From contig NW_027361819.1 in assembly GCF_039654945.1 (NCBI RefSeq), positions 5,518,001 to 5,582,000 on the forward strand: a stretch of DNA of 64,000 nucleotides, given 5' to 3'. Made by a program: the position numbers and the translations under genes. This DNA comes from Dendrobates tinctorius. Lineage: Eukaryota. The notes under the pieces are model-generated. The model worked only from the letters and a program-made list of their open reading frames with translations, was not told where the DNA came from and did not search any database. Shown piece by piece: positions 1 to 12,265 of this stretch; the stretch's first letter is position 1; every line of letters begins with the position of its first letter.

Positions 1-598
1 GAAATGACATTTACAATTTACAGAAGATGGTGGGAACGGATTCTCGAGCAGGAGAGCGGAGAAGACGTAATGTCAGCCAGCTGGGTGATATGAGGGGGTA
101 GCGTTTAGTATTGATTTCAATAAGTCCTTCATGACCAGAACGAGAATCCCAGTCCTCTTTGCTCTACAAAACTTAGGAATTAATTACAACCTGTAGACGA
201 GGTTACAAGACGAGAGAAGACACAGACGCACACTAGGCGTGCTGACATCCCCCACTGCCAACCAGATTCTTAGAGGAGCCCGATACTAGCCCCACCCCCG
301 AGGAGCGGGCCTCATCCATACAGAGACATAAGTTCACAATGTGTCCCGAGGTGTTGGTTCTGTACTCCAGGATGTCTACAAGAAGATGGAGATGAGAGGG
401 ACAGAAATTGTCTTCTGGGGAGTGAGGGAAGGTATCCGTATATAGGGGACATACTGCAACAAAGGAATGAGATTTTGTTATTGGTGACACTACATCCACT
501 CAGACAGCACCAATCATCGAGCTCATCGGCTGAGTCATGGTGATAAAGGAGTGCATGATAAATTTGGGTGAAGTTATAGAAGTCACATGACATCAAGG

Positions 599-928
599 CT
601 ACAGGTCTGTCAGGAAGTTGGCTGTCAGCCAGTACAGCGGCAGCATGGCCAGCGTGACCAGGACCATTGATGCACTGTTAGGATAGGGATGGAGCTGGCC
701 GTCTGCGTCTATACAGCCTTCTGCATTGTCGGCCTCCGGGGTCAGGTCCACGGTGAAGTCATCAGTCAGAATGTCCGGTACGATGCTCCTAATCCAGTCG
801 ATGTAGACAGCGGTTTCGATGTAGACGCCAGGCCTGTTTGGTGCTCCACACTCCTCGCCCCAGCTGACCACTCCAGCCTGGTACCAGTTACCATTTACGT
901 TACAGCAAAGGGGTCCCCCAGAGTCGCC
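599..928 (-). CDS. prss8: prss8-like exon 6 (catalytic Ser, GPI/TM tail, stop)
   Basis: GDSGGPLCC...[18 protein letters not shown]...[14 protein letters not shown]; TAG stop at 599-601. Confidence 0.93.
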   Translation of the reverse strand, partial: GDSGGPLCCNVNGNWYQAGVVSWGEECGAPNRPGVYIETAVYIDWIRSIVPDILTDDFTVDLTPEADNAEGCIDADGQLHPYPNSASMVLVTLAMLPLYWLTANFLTDL

Positions 929-3900
929 CTGAAAGAAGACAAAAGTAATGGTTATGACAATGCTGTATTCACATTGATTGGTGAGAGAAGATATTTGGGT
1001 GGGTTCCTATTTCCACCTCTTGCTGTCCTATTGATGATAAGCCTTGCTCCAGTGTCACCATTAATACCTGGCAAGTGACCGAAGCCGTCGGCTGCTGTAC
1101 TCTGATGGACACGTACCTGACAAGCATCGACAGATCCATCCACTGTCCCGGCGCAGATCATGTCCTGCTGTATCGACGACAGTGTTGCCTCACTGGGGTT
1201 GATGTGATACAGACAATTGCACGTCTGTCTGCTGATGATCTTCACTTGCCCGACCTGAAGGGTCTGAGGGGGTGAAAGAGGAACTGCAATAACAAAAAAC
1301 ATCGTCCTCAGTGACCTGCACCATACATTATAAGGGGGGAGCAGTGATAACGTCACCGTACTCACCGAATTGTTTAACATGGCCCCAGCCGGCGATCTTA
1401 CATGGCATACCAGCCGGGAACTGGACTTTGGAGGAGGGCAGGCGGATGGGCTGGACGACACTGCTCAGGGTCACGGCCTTCTGTAGTTTGACCACAGCAA
1501 TATCCCAGGAGAAACCATCCTCAACGTACGCTGGGTTCTTATAGGACTGCGCCACCAGCACTATTTCGGCCGTTGAGTCTGTGATGGCCAGCGAGGTGGT
1601 TCCAACAAGGACTTCATACTCTTCATCTTTATTTCCCCTGGAAGAACACAACAAAGACGAGCGTCAGTGCCAGCCACCGTGCAGATCCGCTACATGGACA
1701 ACGTTCATTAACCGAGATCACAGCTACACTGATGTCCAGCAACGGAACGATACAAATCCACCAGACATTCGGCTTCCAGGTTAGGCCTCTGAAAATTGGC
1801 ATAAGTGCTCCCAATAACTTCCCCGGATCAGAGCTGTTCCCGTGCACAGATCACTTACGTCGGGAAGCAGTGTGCAGCGGTTAGGACGTAGAGGGGCGAC
1901 AGCAAGGAGCAGCCGCAGACGTGCGCCTGATTATGTCGCAGGCTGCAGAGCCACGGCCATTGCTGGATGTTTCCATTCTCTCCTCCGACGATGCGATTGG
2001 CGACTGCAGGAAGATGAAATTCTGTTTAATGATCATTACTAATAGGCAGATGGAGGTCACCCCGACAGCAAAGCCATAGAGCAGTCTACGGCGGATGCCC
2101 CACAGTTACTACACCTCTATCTTCTAAACCAACACCAAACTGATACATTGTAACAATCACAGGAAATAGAATTTTGCTATTTAGCTCATAGAGGATTGTC
2201 TATACTGGATACATTGTAGCAAATCCCCAACTATGAGAAAGTCAAGGCAACCTTGTATATAACCAAGAACGTTCCCATCTACTCACAGTAAGCGGAGGTC
2301 TTAACCCATAAACTTGAAACAAAGCTGCAGAACTTCTTACTATACCGGGTGATTCACTCACCACTTTACCCGGAAAAATTGCTACAACTGTGAAAAGAGA
2401 CGGTCGACCGTAGCGAAATTTGGACTGTACGTTGGTTCATGAGAAGTGAGAGTGCAATGAACCTCAGTGACGAGAAACATCCTCGCGCTGAGTGGTCGTC
2501 TCGACCACTATGAGGTAGACTTGCTACAGGTCTTTCTGCGCGTCGATAGTTTTCCATTAAGTTCTTACAATGAAAACGCTCCTCCAAACTGCATCAGTAC
2601 AAATTGAGGAAGTGTAAGCAGCGCACAAACTGAGTCCTTAAAGAGGCGCCAAAGTGGAGATTCTGAAGAAGTTTGGGGGTCGAAATCCACTGTCCAAACA
2701 GTGTAAAGTATTGTGTCGTTGGTGACTAAGCTGGAACATTACTGGATAGGCATGATGGAGGACGTCCAAAAATGTCTGAGGACACAATCCATGATGTGAA
2801 CGAGCAACTTCTGGTATCTCCACGTAAGTCTCGCACAGGTCTTCCCAGGAGACTGGCATGTCATAACCCACATGTCAGCGGGTGGCCAAGAAAGGTCGTG
2901 TTCGCCCGTACAGAGTCACTGTCATTCAGGAATTGAAAGGGCCCGATCAAGAGACAAGAATTGGTTAGAGCCAGATTTTATCCTTTGGGGCCATTTGAAG
3001 GGTTGGATGTACAGTAACAAACCACGAACATTACAGGTGCTTCGAGAGAAATTCTGGCTGTGACCCCCGAAGTCCAACAATATGGAACGTCGTGTGCAGG
3101 CGTGCTAGAATGTGAACGGTGGCGGGGGACAGCAATATGGAACAGCACATGCAGGGGTGCTAGAATGTGAACGGTGGCGGGGGACAGCAATATGGAACGG
3201 CACATGCAGTCGTGCTAGAATGTGAACGGTGGCAGGGGACAGCAATATGGAACGGCACATGCAGTCGTGCTAGAATGTGAACGGTGGCGGGGGACAACAA
3301 TATGGAACGGCACATGCAGGGGTGCTAGAATGTGAATGGTGGCGGGGGACAGCAATATGGAACGGCACATGCAGGGGTGCTAGAATGTGAACGGTGGTGG
3401 GGGACAACAATATGGAACGGCACATGCAGGGGTGCTAGAATGTGAACGGTGGTGGGGGACAACAATATGGAACGGCACATTATTATTATTATTATTTATT
3501 TATATAGCACCATTGATTCCATGGTGCTGTACATGAGAAGAGGTTACATACAAATTACAGATACCACTTACAGTAAACAAACTAACAATGACAGACTGAT
3601 ACAGAGGGAAGAGGACCCTGCCATTTCAGGCTTACATGCTACAGGATGGTGGGGAAGGAGACAGTAGGTTGGGGGGTTGCAGCAGTTCTGGTGTTGGTTG
3701 AGGTGAAATCTCCGGTAGTGGTGAGGAGGCAGCGGGGTCACTGTAGGCTTTCTTAAAGAGATGGGTTTTCAGGTTTCATCTGAAGGATCCAAGTGTGGCT
3801 GATAGTCAGACTTGTTGGGGCAAAGAATTCCAGAGGACGGGGCAATTCAGGAGAAGTCTTGGAGGCGGTTCGATGAGGAGCGAATAAGTGTGGTGGAGAG

Positions 3901-6900
3901 AAGGAGGTCTTGGGAGAACTTGGCAAAGTGTGTAGGGCAGCGTAAATATCCATACGAAAAGAACAAGCATGCTCTCTCCCTCGTCTCCCGGAGTTAAATG
4001 ACAATTAGTAGGGAATTCTCTATCCAAGTCGTTGGCTCCTGTGTGTTCCTAAGAAAACATATCCCAGACAAAGGGCTGATGTGCAAGCGAAGCAACCGGA
4101 GAGGAAAAAAGAAAAGAAATCTCCAGTCCTGACTTCTCTCCCTGTCTTCTCTCTTTCGCTCTCTCCCCGCCTCATGCAGGCGTGCTAGAATGTGAACGGT
4201 GGCGGGGGACAACAATATGGAACGGCACATGCAGGCGTTCTAGAATGTGAACGGTGGGGGGGACAACAATATGGAACGGCACATGCAGGGTTGCTAGAAT
4301 GTGAACGGCACATGCAGGCGTGCTAGAATGTGAACAGTGGCGGGGACAACAATATGGAACGGCACACGCAGGCGTGCTAGAATGTGAACGGTGGAGGGGG
4401 ACAACAATATGGAACGGCACACGCAGGCGTGCTAGAATGTAAATGGTGGCGGGGGACAACAATATGGAACGGCACCTGCAGGCGTTCTAGAATGTAAACG
4501 GTGGCGGGGGACAATAATATGGAACGGCACATGCAGGCGTGCTAGAATGTGAACGGTGGCGGGGGACAACAATATGGAACGGCACATTCAGGCGTGCTAG
4601 AATGTGAACGGTGGTGGGGGACAACAATATGGAACGGCACATGCAGGCGTGCTAGAATGTGAACGGTGGAGGGGGACAACAATATGGAACGGCACATGCA
4701 GGCGTGCTAGAATGTGAACGGTGGTGGGGGACAACAATATGGAACGGCACATGCAGGCGTGCTAGAATGTGAACGGTGGTGGGGGACAACAATATGGAAC
4801 GGCACATGCAGGCGTGCTAGAATGTGAACGGTGGTGGGGGACAACAATATGGAACGGCACATGCAGGCGTGCTAGAATGTGAACGGTGGTGGGGGACAAC
4901 AATATGGAACGGCACATGCAGGCGTGCTAGAATGTAAACGGTGGCGGGGGACAACAATATGGAACGGCACATGCAGGGGTGCTAGAATGTGAACGGTGGC
5001 GGGGACAACAATATGGAACGGCACATGCAGGCGTGCTAGAATGTGAACGGTGGCGGGGGATAATATGGAACGGCACATGCAGGCGTGCTAGAATGTAAAC
5101 GGTGGCGGGGGACATTATGGAATGGCACATGCAGGCGTGCTAGAATGTGAACGGTGGCGGGGACAACAATATGGAACGGCACATGCAGGCGTGCTAGAAT
5201 GTGAACGGTGGCGGGGGACAACGATATTGAACGGCACATGTAGCTGTGCTAGAATGTGAACGGTGGCGGGGGACATTATAGAAGGGCACATGCAGGGGTG
5301 CTAGAATGTTAACGGTGGCGGGGGACATTATGGAATGGCACATGCAGGCGTGCTAGAATGTGAACGGTGGCGGGGACAACAATATGGAACGGCACATGCA
5401 GGCGTGCTAGAATGTGAACGGTGGCGGGGGACATTATGGAGCGGCACATGCAGGGGTGCTAGAATGTGAACGGTGGCGGGGGACAACAATATGGAACGGC
5501 ACATGCAGGTGTGCTAGAATGTGAACGGTGGCGGGGGACAACAATATGGAACGGCACATGCAGGGGTGCTAGAATGTGAACGGTGGCGGGGGACAACAAT
5601 ATGGAACGGCACATGCAGGCGTGCTAGAATGTGAACGGTGGCGGGGGACAACAATATGGAACGGCACATGCAGGCGTGCTAGAATGTGAACGGTGGCGGG
5701 GGACAACAATATGGAACGGCACATACAGGCGTGCTAGAATGTGAACGGTGGCGGGGGACAACAATATGGAACGGCACATGCAGGTGTGCTAGAATGTGAA
5801 CGGTGGCGGGGGACAATAATGTGTCACGGCTCATGCAGGGGTGCTAGAATGTGAACGGTGGCGGGGGACAACAATATGGAACGGCACATGCAGGGGTGCT
5901 AGAATGTGAACGGTGGCGGGGGACAACAATATGGCACGGCACATGCAGGCGTGCTAGAATGTGAACGGTGGCGGGGGACAACAATATGGAACGGCACATG
6001 CAGGGGTGCTAGAATGTGAACGGTGGCGGGGGGCAACAATATGGAACGGCACATGCAGGGGTGCTAGAATGTGAACGGTGGTGGGGGACACTTTCAACAC
6101 TTGCTTTTAAATATCCATTTCTCATCAACCAAAGTACATAGAGCCCAAACTTCAGCATCATAGATCGGCACTTTTAGAAGTTACAGCAATGTTTCTGGTA
6201 AAGTTGAAAGTGAATCACCGTGTATAAGACCTCAAGCATATGTTTTATAAAAGATGTTCTGCAGCATCTGATCGTTTTGTATCATAGTAAACCCCTAGAT
6301 GACCCTCTAATGTCCTCATTATTTGTGGAGCGTCGTTATCTTGTACAGCACATGACTGTCTCATTTACTTACTTTGTCCGAACACCAAGTTCACGGCTGA
6401 AAAAGAAAAGAAAGAAATGGTTACAATAGTGTAATAATCCCCCCCCCCCCAAATACAGAACTTCTATCAATATGGCTGCCGTTACATTTTACGCGCATCA
6501 TTCAATGGCCAATCTACATCACAATGATACGTATATGGCCATCATGGAGGGCTCTAGGCGCAGACCAAGGTGCCAGCTTCATCGGGGAGGACATGTTGGG
6601 TGCCATTGGTGTGACCTACAGCAATGTCCTGTGATCTCGCTCACGTGTTTAAGGAGGCGGCACGATCGGAAGACTATACAGGCACAATGTCATCGTGATC
6701 TGACCACTGAACCACCAGCCCGGCCCGATGAACATGCTGCAGCCACTGCCAAGTCCTCACAGAGAAGCCATTGTATGCCAGAGTCAGGAGGGTGGATGTA
6801 AAGGTCCCATCATCTGTACTTACTGATTTTCCGGCAACTGAAAAGTCATCCCACTAGATAACATGGACAGCTAGGGGGAGACGGGAAGCATCTGCCCCTT

Positions 6901-9900
6901 TACAGAAGATCAGCCCTACAGGACTCCAGGAAAGACCGGAGACCACCCCTGAGGGAGCTGCAATGGCAGCCATACCGACCACTGCCCAGGCACACACAAC
7001 TAACACCAAGGAAAGGGGCAACCCAAGTAGCAGATTGTGTATCACATGATAGTGGATTAGATACAGCAGCTCAGCAGTCAGTATCACACATGATAGGATT
7101 AGATACTGCAGCACACGGTCAGTCGTTTAGGCCCGGACTCGGTGGCACCCCCTTTGTGTCTCTTACAGCGCATAGGCACAGGAAAGGCAGACCCCCAGAG
7201 AGAAGGACACAAAAGGGCACCCCCCCAAAAGAGGACACAAAAGGGCAGACCCCCCCCAAGAGAGTAGCACACAAAAGGGCAGACGACCCCCCCCAAGAGA
7301 GGACACAAAAGGGCAGACCCGACCCCCCCCAAGAGAGAAGGACACAAAAGGGCAGACCCCCCCCCCAAGAGACAAGGACACAAAAGGGCAGACCCCCCCC
7401 CCAAGAGAGTAGGACACAAAAGGGCAGACCCCCCCAAAAGAGGACACAAAAGGGCAGACCCCCCCAAAAGAGAAGGACACAAAAGGGCAGACCCCCCCAA
7501 AAGAGAAGGACACAAAAGGGCAGACCCCCCAAGAGAGAAGGACACAAAAGGGCAGACCCCCCCCCAAGAGACAAGGACACAAAAGGGCAGACCCCTCCCC
7601 CCCAAGAGAGTAGGACACAAAAGGGCAGACCCCCCCAAAAGAGAAGGACACAAAAGGGCAGACCCCCCCAAAAGAGAAGGACACAAAAGGGCAGACCCCC
7701 CCCCAAGAGACAAGGACACAAAAGGGCAGACCCCCCCCCAAAAGAGAAGGACACAAAAGGGCAGACCCCCCCCAAAAGATAAGGACACAAAAGGGAAGAC
7801 CCCCCCCCCCCAAGAGAGAAGGACACAAAAGAGCAGACCCCAGGCTGTTTATATTATCAGGACAGATCAGTCAGCGCTGGTTATTATATATAATGTACAG
7901 GGATCAGTGACCGGATATTATCAGGACGGATCAGTCAGTGCTGGTTATTATATATAATGTACAGGGATCAGTGACCGGATATTATCAGGACGGATCACTC
8001 AGCACTGGTTATTATATATAATGTACAGGGATCAGTGACCGGATATTATCAGGACGGATCAGTCAGCGCTGGTTATTATATATAATGTACAGGGATCAGT
8101 GACCGGATATTATCAGGACGGATCAGTCAGCGCTGGTTATTATATATAATGTACAGGGATCAATGACCGGATATTATCAGGACGGATCAGTCAGCGCTGG
8201 TTATTATATATAATGTACAGGGATCGGTGACCGGATATTATCAGGACGGATCAGTCAGTGCTGGTTATTATATATAATGAACAGGGATCGGTGACCGGAT
8301 AGTATCAGGACGGATCAGTCAGCGCTGGTTATTATATATAATGAACAGGGATCGGTGACCGGATAGTATCAGGACGGATCAGTCAGCGCTGGTTATTATA
8401 TATAATGTACAGGGATCGGTGACCGGATATTATCAGGACGGATCAGTCAGCGCTGGTTATTATATATAATGAACAGGGATCAGTGACCGGATATTATCAG
8501 GACGGATCAGTCAGCGCTGGTTATTATATATAATGTACAGGGATCAGTGACCGGATATTATCAGGACGGATCAGTCAGCGCTGGTTATTATATATAATGT
8601 ACAGGGATCAGTGACCGGATATTATCAGGACGGATCAGTCAGCGCTGGTTATTATATATAATGTACAGGGATCAGTGACCGGATATTATCAGGACGGATC
8701 AGTCAGCGCTGGTTATTATATGTAATGTACAGGGATCAGTGACCGGATATTATCAGGACGGATCAGTCAGCGCTGGTTATTATATGTAATGTACAGAGAT
8801 CAGTGACCGGATATTATCAGGACGGATCAGTCAGCGCTGGTTATTATATATAATGTACAGGGATCAGTGACCGGATATTATCAGGACGGATCAGTCGGCG
8901 CTGGTTATTATATATAATGTACAGGGATCAGTGACCGGATATTATCAGGACGGATCAGTCAGCGCTGGTTATTATATATAATGTACAGGGATCAGTGACC
9001 GGATATTATCAGGACGGATCAGTCAGCGCTGGTTATTATATGTAATGTACAGGGATCAGTGACCGGATATTATCAGGACGGATCAGTCAGCGCTGGTTAT
9101 TATATATAATGTACAGGGATCAGTGACCGGATATTATCAGGACGGATCAGTCGGCGCTGGTTATTATATATAATGTACAGGGATCAGTGACCGGATATTA
9201 TCAGGACGGATCAGTCGGCGCTGGTTATTATATATAATGTACAGGGATCAGTGACCGGATATTATCAGGACGGATCAGTCAGCGCTGGTTATTATATATA
9301 ATGTACAGGGATCAGTGACCGGATATTATCAGGACGGATCAGTCAGCGCTGGTTATTATATATAATGTACAGGGATCAGTGACCGGATATTATCAGGACG
9401 GATCAGTCGGCGCTGGTTATTATATATAATGTACAGGGATCAGTGACCGGATATTATCAGGACGGATCAGTCAGCGCTGGTTATTATATATAATGTACTG
9501 GGATCAGTGACCGGATATTATCAGGACGGATCAGTCAGCGCTGGTTATTATATGTAATGTACAGGGATCAGTGACCGGATATTATCAGGACGGATCAGTC
9601 AGCGCTGGTTATTATATATAATGTACAGGGATCAGTGACCGGATATTATCAGGACGGATCAGTCGGCGCTGGTTATTATATATAATGTACAGGGATCAGT
9701 GACCGGATATTATCAGGACGGATCAGTCAGCGCTGGTTATTATATATAATGTACAGGGATCAGTGACCGGATATTATCAGGACGGATCAGTCAGCGCTGG
9801 TTATTATATATAATGTACAGGGATCAGTGACCGGATATTATCAGGACGGATCAGTCAGCGCTGGTTATTATATGTAATGTACAGGGATCAGTGACCGGAT

Positions 9901-12265
9901 ATTATCAGGATGGATCAGTCGGCGCTGGTTATTATATGTAATGTACAGGGATCAGTGACCGGATATTATCAGGACGGATCAGTCAGCGCTGGTTATTATA
10001 TGTAATGTACAGGGATCAGTGACCGGATATTATCAGGACGGATCAGTCAGCGCTGGCTATCTGTAATATATCGCTGTAAGCATAACTCTGTCCGAAGCCT
10101 TTATAGACTGCTCAAGTGTGACGTGCTTGCGCAGTCTGGCTCCAGACAGAATGAGGCATCCAGCGGTGAGGAGTGTGTATGGCGCCGGAGGTGGCGGTAC
10201 CACACACACTGCATACCGCCATCTCCGACGCCATACTTACATTACCGGGAGAAGCGTTGCCGTGGCACTTCTCTTCGGCTGGAGACCGGGGCAGGAGTGC
10301 AGCCGGAATTGCGCATAGCGCCATTTTACTGAAGACACACGTGCAGTGACGAAGCTGCAGGTTAGCAGCGACACGCGTTGGGTTCTGTGGGCTGTGTGAG
10401 TTTGCTTAGGTAATTTTCATGTGATCCAGCAAATGCCTTCCCTCATCCATGGACTTGCATGGTAATCGTTTGCATTGTTTACATACCAACAAGTGACTAT
10501 TAGACTGATTGGACTTTACTGCTGCAAATTGTCCATATGTTTATACCAAACATTTTATGCATATTATATGGTGATAGAGGGCATTGTTGTGAATGCATTT
10601 TTTTTGAAACACTCATTTATATAAACATTTCTTCCTTTGTATACTGCATGTGTTCTCCACCTGCCCACTTTTGTTCCATTTGTGGTTTTTAATGGTTTTT
10701 ATTGTACACTTGGATCTCTCTGGCTATTGTATGTCAAGAAAAGCCTTTTTTCACATGGACATTCTGCTGTTGGGTGCATGTTATCCTGTGTCTCTTTTCT
10801 CCCTTTTTTTCATTTGATGTACTTGGCACAGTGTTGCACCCAGTTATCATATTCATGTCATATTTTCCGTGGTGCCCACCTATATACATATATATTGTCT
10901 TCAGCAATATGGCGCCAGACAGCGCTATGGGCATGCGCGATTCCGGCCGCACTCCTGCCCCGGCCTCAAGCAGAACAGCGCTGGAGCACAGGAAAGAAGG
11001 GTGAGTATAAATGGGTTTTTTTTTTGTATGTGTGTAGTTTTAATAGGAGTGAGGGGACCATGCATACCAGGATTGGGGGGTGGGGGACCATGCATACCAG
11101 GATTGGGGGGTGAGGGGGACCATGCATACCAGGATTGGGGGGTGAGGGGGACCATGCATACCAGGATTGGGGGGTGAGGGGGACCATGCATACCAGGATT
11201 GGGGGGTGAGGGGGACCATGCATACCAGGATTGGGGGGTGAGGGGGACCATGCATACCAGGATTGGGGGTGAGAGCACCATGCATACCAGGATAGGGGGG
11301 TGAGGGGACAGTGCATACCAGGATAGGGGGTGAGGGGACCATACATACCAGGACTGGGGGATGAGGGAGTACTATGCATACCAGGACTGGGGGATGAGGG
11401 AGTACTATGCATACCAGGACTGGGGGATGAGAGGACCATACATACCAGGATAGGGGGTGAGGGGACCATGCATACCAGGATGGGGGGGGTGAGGGAGTAC
11501 CATGCATACCAGCATTGGGGGATAAGGGAGTACCATTCATACCAGGATTGGGGGTGAGAGCACCATGCATACCAGGATAGGGGGGTGAGGGGACAGTGCA
11601 TACCAGGATAGGGGGTGAGGGGACCATACATACCAGGATAGGGGGGTGAGGGGGACCATGCATACCAGGACTGGGGGATGAGGGAGTACTATGCATACCA
11701 GGACTGGGGGATGAGGGAGTACTATGCATACCAGGACTGGGGGATGAGAGGACCATACATACCAGGATAGGGGGTGAGGGGACCATGCATACCAGGATGG
11801 GGGGGGTGAGGGAGTACCATGCATACCAGCATTGGGGGATAAGGGAGTACCATTCATACCAGGATTGGGGGGTGAGAGGACCATGCATACCAGGATTGGG
11901 GGGGGGGGGTGAGGGTACCATGCATACCAGGATAGGAGACCATATACCAATAAAAATGCTCGCCACCCGGGTGTAGAACGGGTTCATAGCCAGTTATATA
12001 TAATGTACAGGGATCGGTGACCGGATATTATAACCTTCTGGAGAAGTCTAAGGTCGATGTATCATTAACCCCGGACAGTTTCTCATCAGCTGTTGAACAC
12101 TTTGCATTTTTTATTTTCACCGCCCTCCTGATTTTCCGCCTTCTCATCTCAATTACATTAGAAAGAACATATTTAGAAAAACTTTTATATTTCCCACTTT
12201 TCGGTGTAAAATCTGCGGCACTTACCTCCTAGCAATAGTATCACTCGACCAAGAGGCTGGTGCAT
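599..12265 (-). CDS. prss8: Prostasin-like (channel-activating protease) trypsin-family serine protease, 6 coding exons, 325 aa
   Basis: Exons 12226-12265, 6373-6396, 1859-2003, 1366-1637, 1117-1283 and 599-928 are all GT/AG and phase-compatible (978 nt). Signal peptide, R|IVGG activation site, triad motifs TAAHC, DIAVV and GDSGGP, Asp189 (DACQG), prostasin-type [10 protein letters not shown] and NRPGVY, and a hydrophobic C-terminal GPI/TM signal. Neighbours FUS as in mammals. Confidence 0.85.
1117..1283 (-). CDS. prss8: prss8-like exon 5
   Basis: [21 protein letters not shown]...DMICAG...DACQ; CAG acceptor and GTACGT donor. Confidence 0.93.
1366..1637 (-). CDS. prss8: prss8-like exon 4 (catalytic Asp)
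   Basis: YEVLVG...WDIAVVKL...PIRLP...CKIAGWGHV; CAG acceptor and GTGAGT donor. Confidence 0.93.
1859..2003 (-). CDS. prss8: prss8-like exon 3 (ANRIVGG...LTAAHCFP, catalytic His)
   Basis: Manual translation [48 protein letters not shown]; CAG acceptor and GTAAGT donor. Not in the supplied ORF track. Confidence 0.92.
3077..6090. repeat. 55-bp minisatellite array inside the mariner relic
   Basis: Unit ATGGAACGGCACATGCAGGCGTGCTAGAATGTGAACGGTGGCGGGGGACAACAAT; interrupted at 3479-4172. Confidence 0.95.
3479..3918 (-). mobile_element. L2 LINE 3' fragment
   Basis: Reverse-complement match to the L2 3' end at 44840-45260; (TAA)n-type tail at 3479-3500. Confidence 0.88.
6373..6396 (-). CDS. prss8: prss8-like micro-exon 2 (AVNLVFGQ, 24 nt)
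   Basis: Strong polypyrimidine tract TTTCTTTCTTTTCTTTTTCAG and GTAAGT donor; phase 1-1; completes the signal peptide. Confidence 0.75.
7039..7110. repeat. Two degenerate monomers of the 41-bp satellite
   Basis: GGATTAGATACAGCAGCTCAGCAGTCAGTATCACACA matches the array at 62601-64000. Confidence 0.75.
7183..7840. repeat. ~30-33-bp C-run minisatellite
   Basis: Unit AAGGACACAAAAGGGCAGACCCCCC(C)AAGAG. Confidence 0.95.
7851..10059. repeat. 64-bp satellite array (~34 copies; last partial unit at 11994-12030)
   Basis: Unit ATATTATCAGGACGGATCAGTCAGCGCTGGTTATTATATATAATGTACAGGGATCAGTGACCGG. Confidence 0.97.
10060..11993 (+). mobile_element. Non-autonomous Helitron
   Basis: Starts with TC and ends CCCGGGTGTAGAACGGG (hairpin)-TTCATAG-CCAG (CTAG-like). 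Inserted between A and T of a 64-bp satellite unit with no TSD. Confidence 0.75.
11049..11948. repeat. ~28-31-bp G-rich minisatellite inside the Helitron
   Basis: Unit GGGGACCATGCATACCAGGATTGGGGGGTGA and variants. Confidence 0.95.
12226..12265 (-). CDS. prss8: prss8-like exon 1 ([13 protein letters not shown], signal peptide)
   Basis: GCCGCCATG Kozak context, hydrophobic run and G|GTAAGT donor; phase 1 fits exon 2. Confidence 0.7.

Larger units (their letters stand above)
2341..6226 (+). mobile_element. Decayed Tc1/mariner DNA transposon in prss8 intron 2
   Basis: Imperfect TIRs TATACCGGGTGATTCAC...ACTTTACC (2341) and GGTAAAGTTG...GTGAATCACCGTGTATA (6226). Transposase remnants [14 protein letters not shown] (~2900), [20 protein letters not shown] (~2975) and C-terminal GGHFQHLL (~6085). 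Confidence 0.8.

Noticed and set aside
7090-7828. 220-235 aa ORFs on both strands
   Set aside because: Translations of a minisatellite; no domain or splice support.
7851-10059. Regular arrays as CRISPR candidates
   Set aside because: No unique spacers, no cas genes, vertebrate context.
10966-11987. Pro-rich ORFs up to 315 aa
   Set aside because: Minisatellite inside the Helitron.
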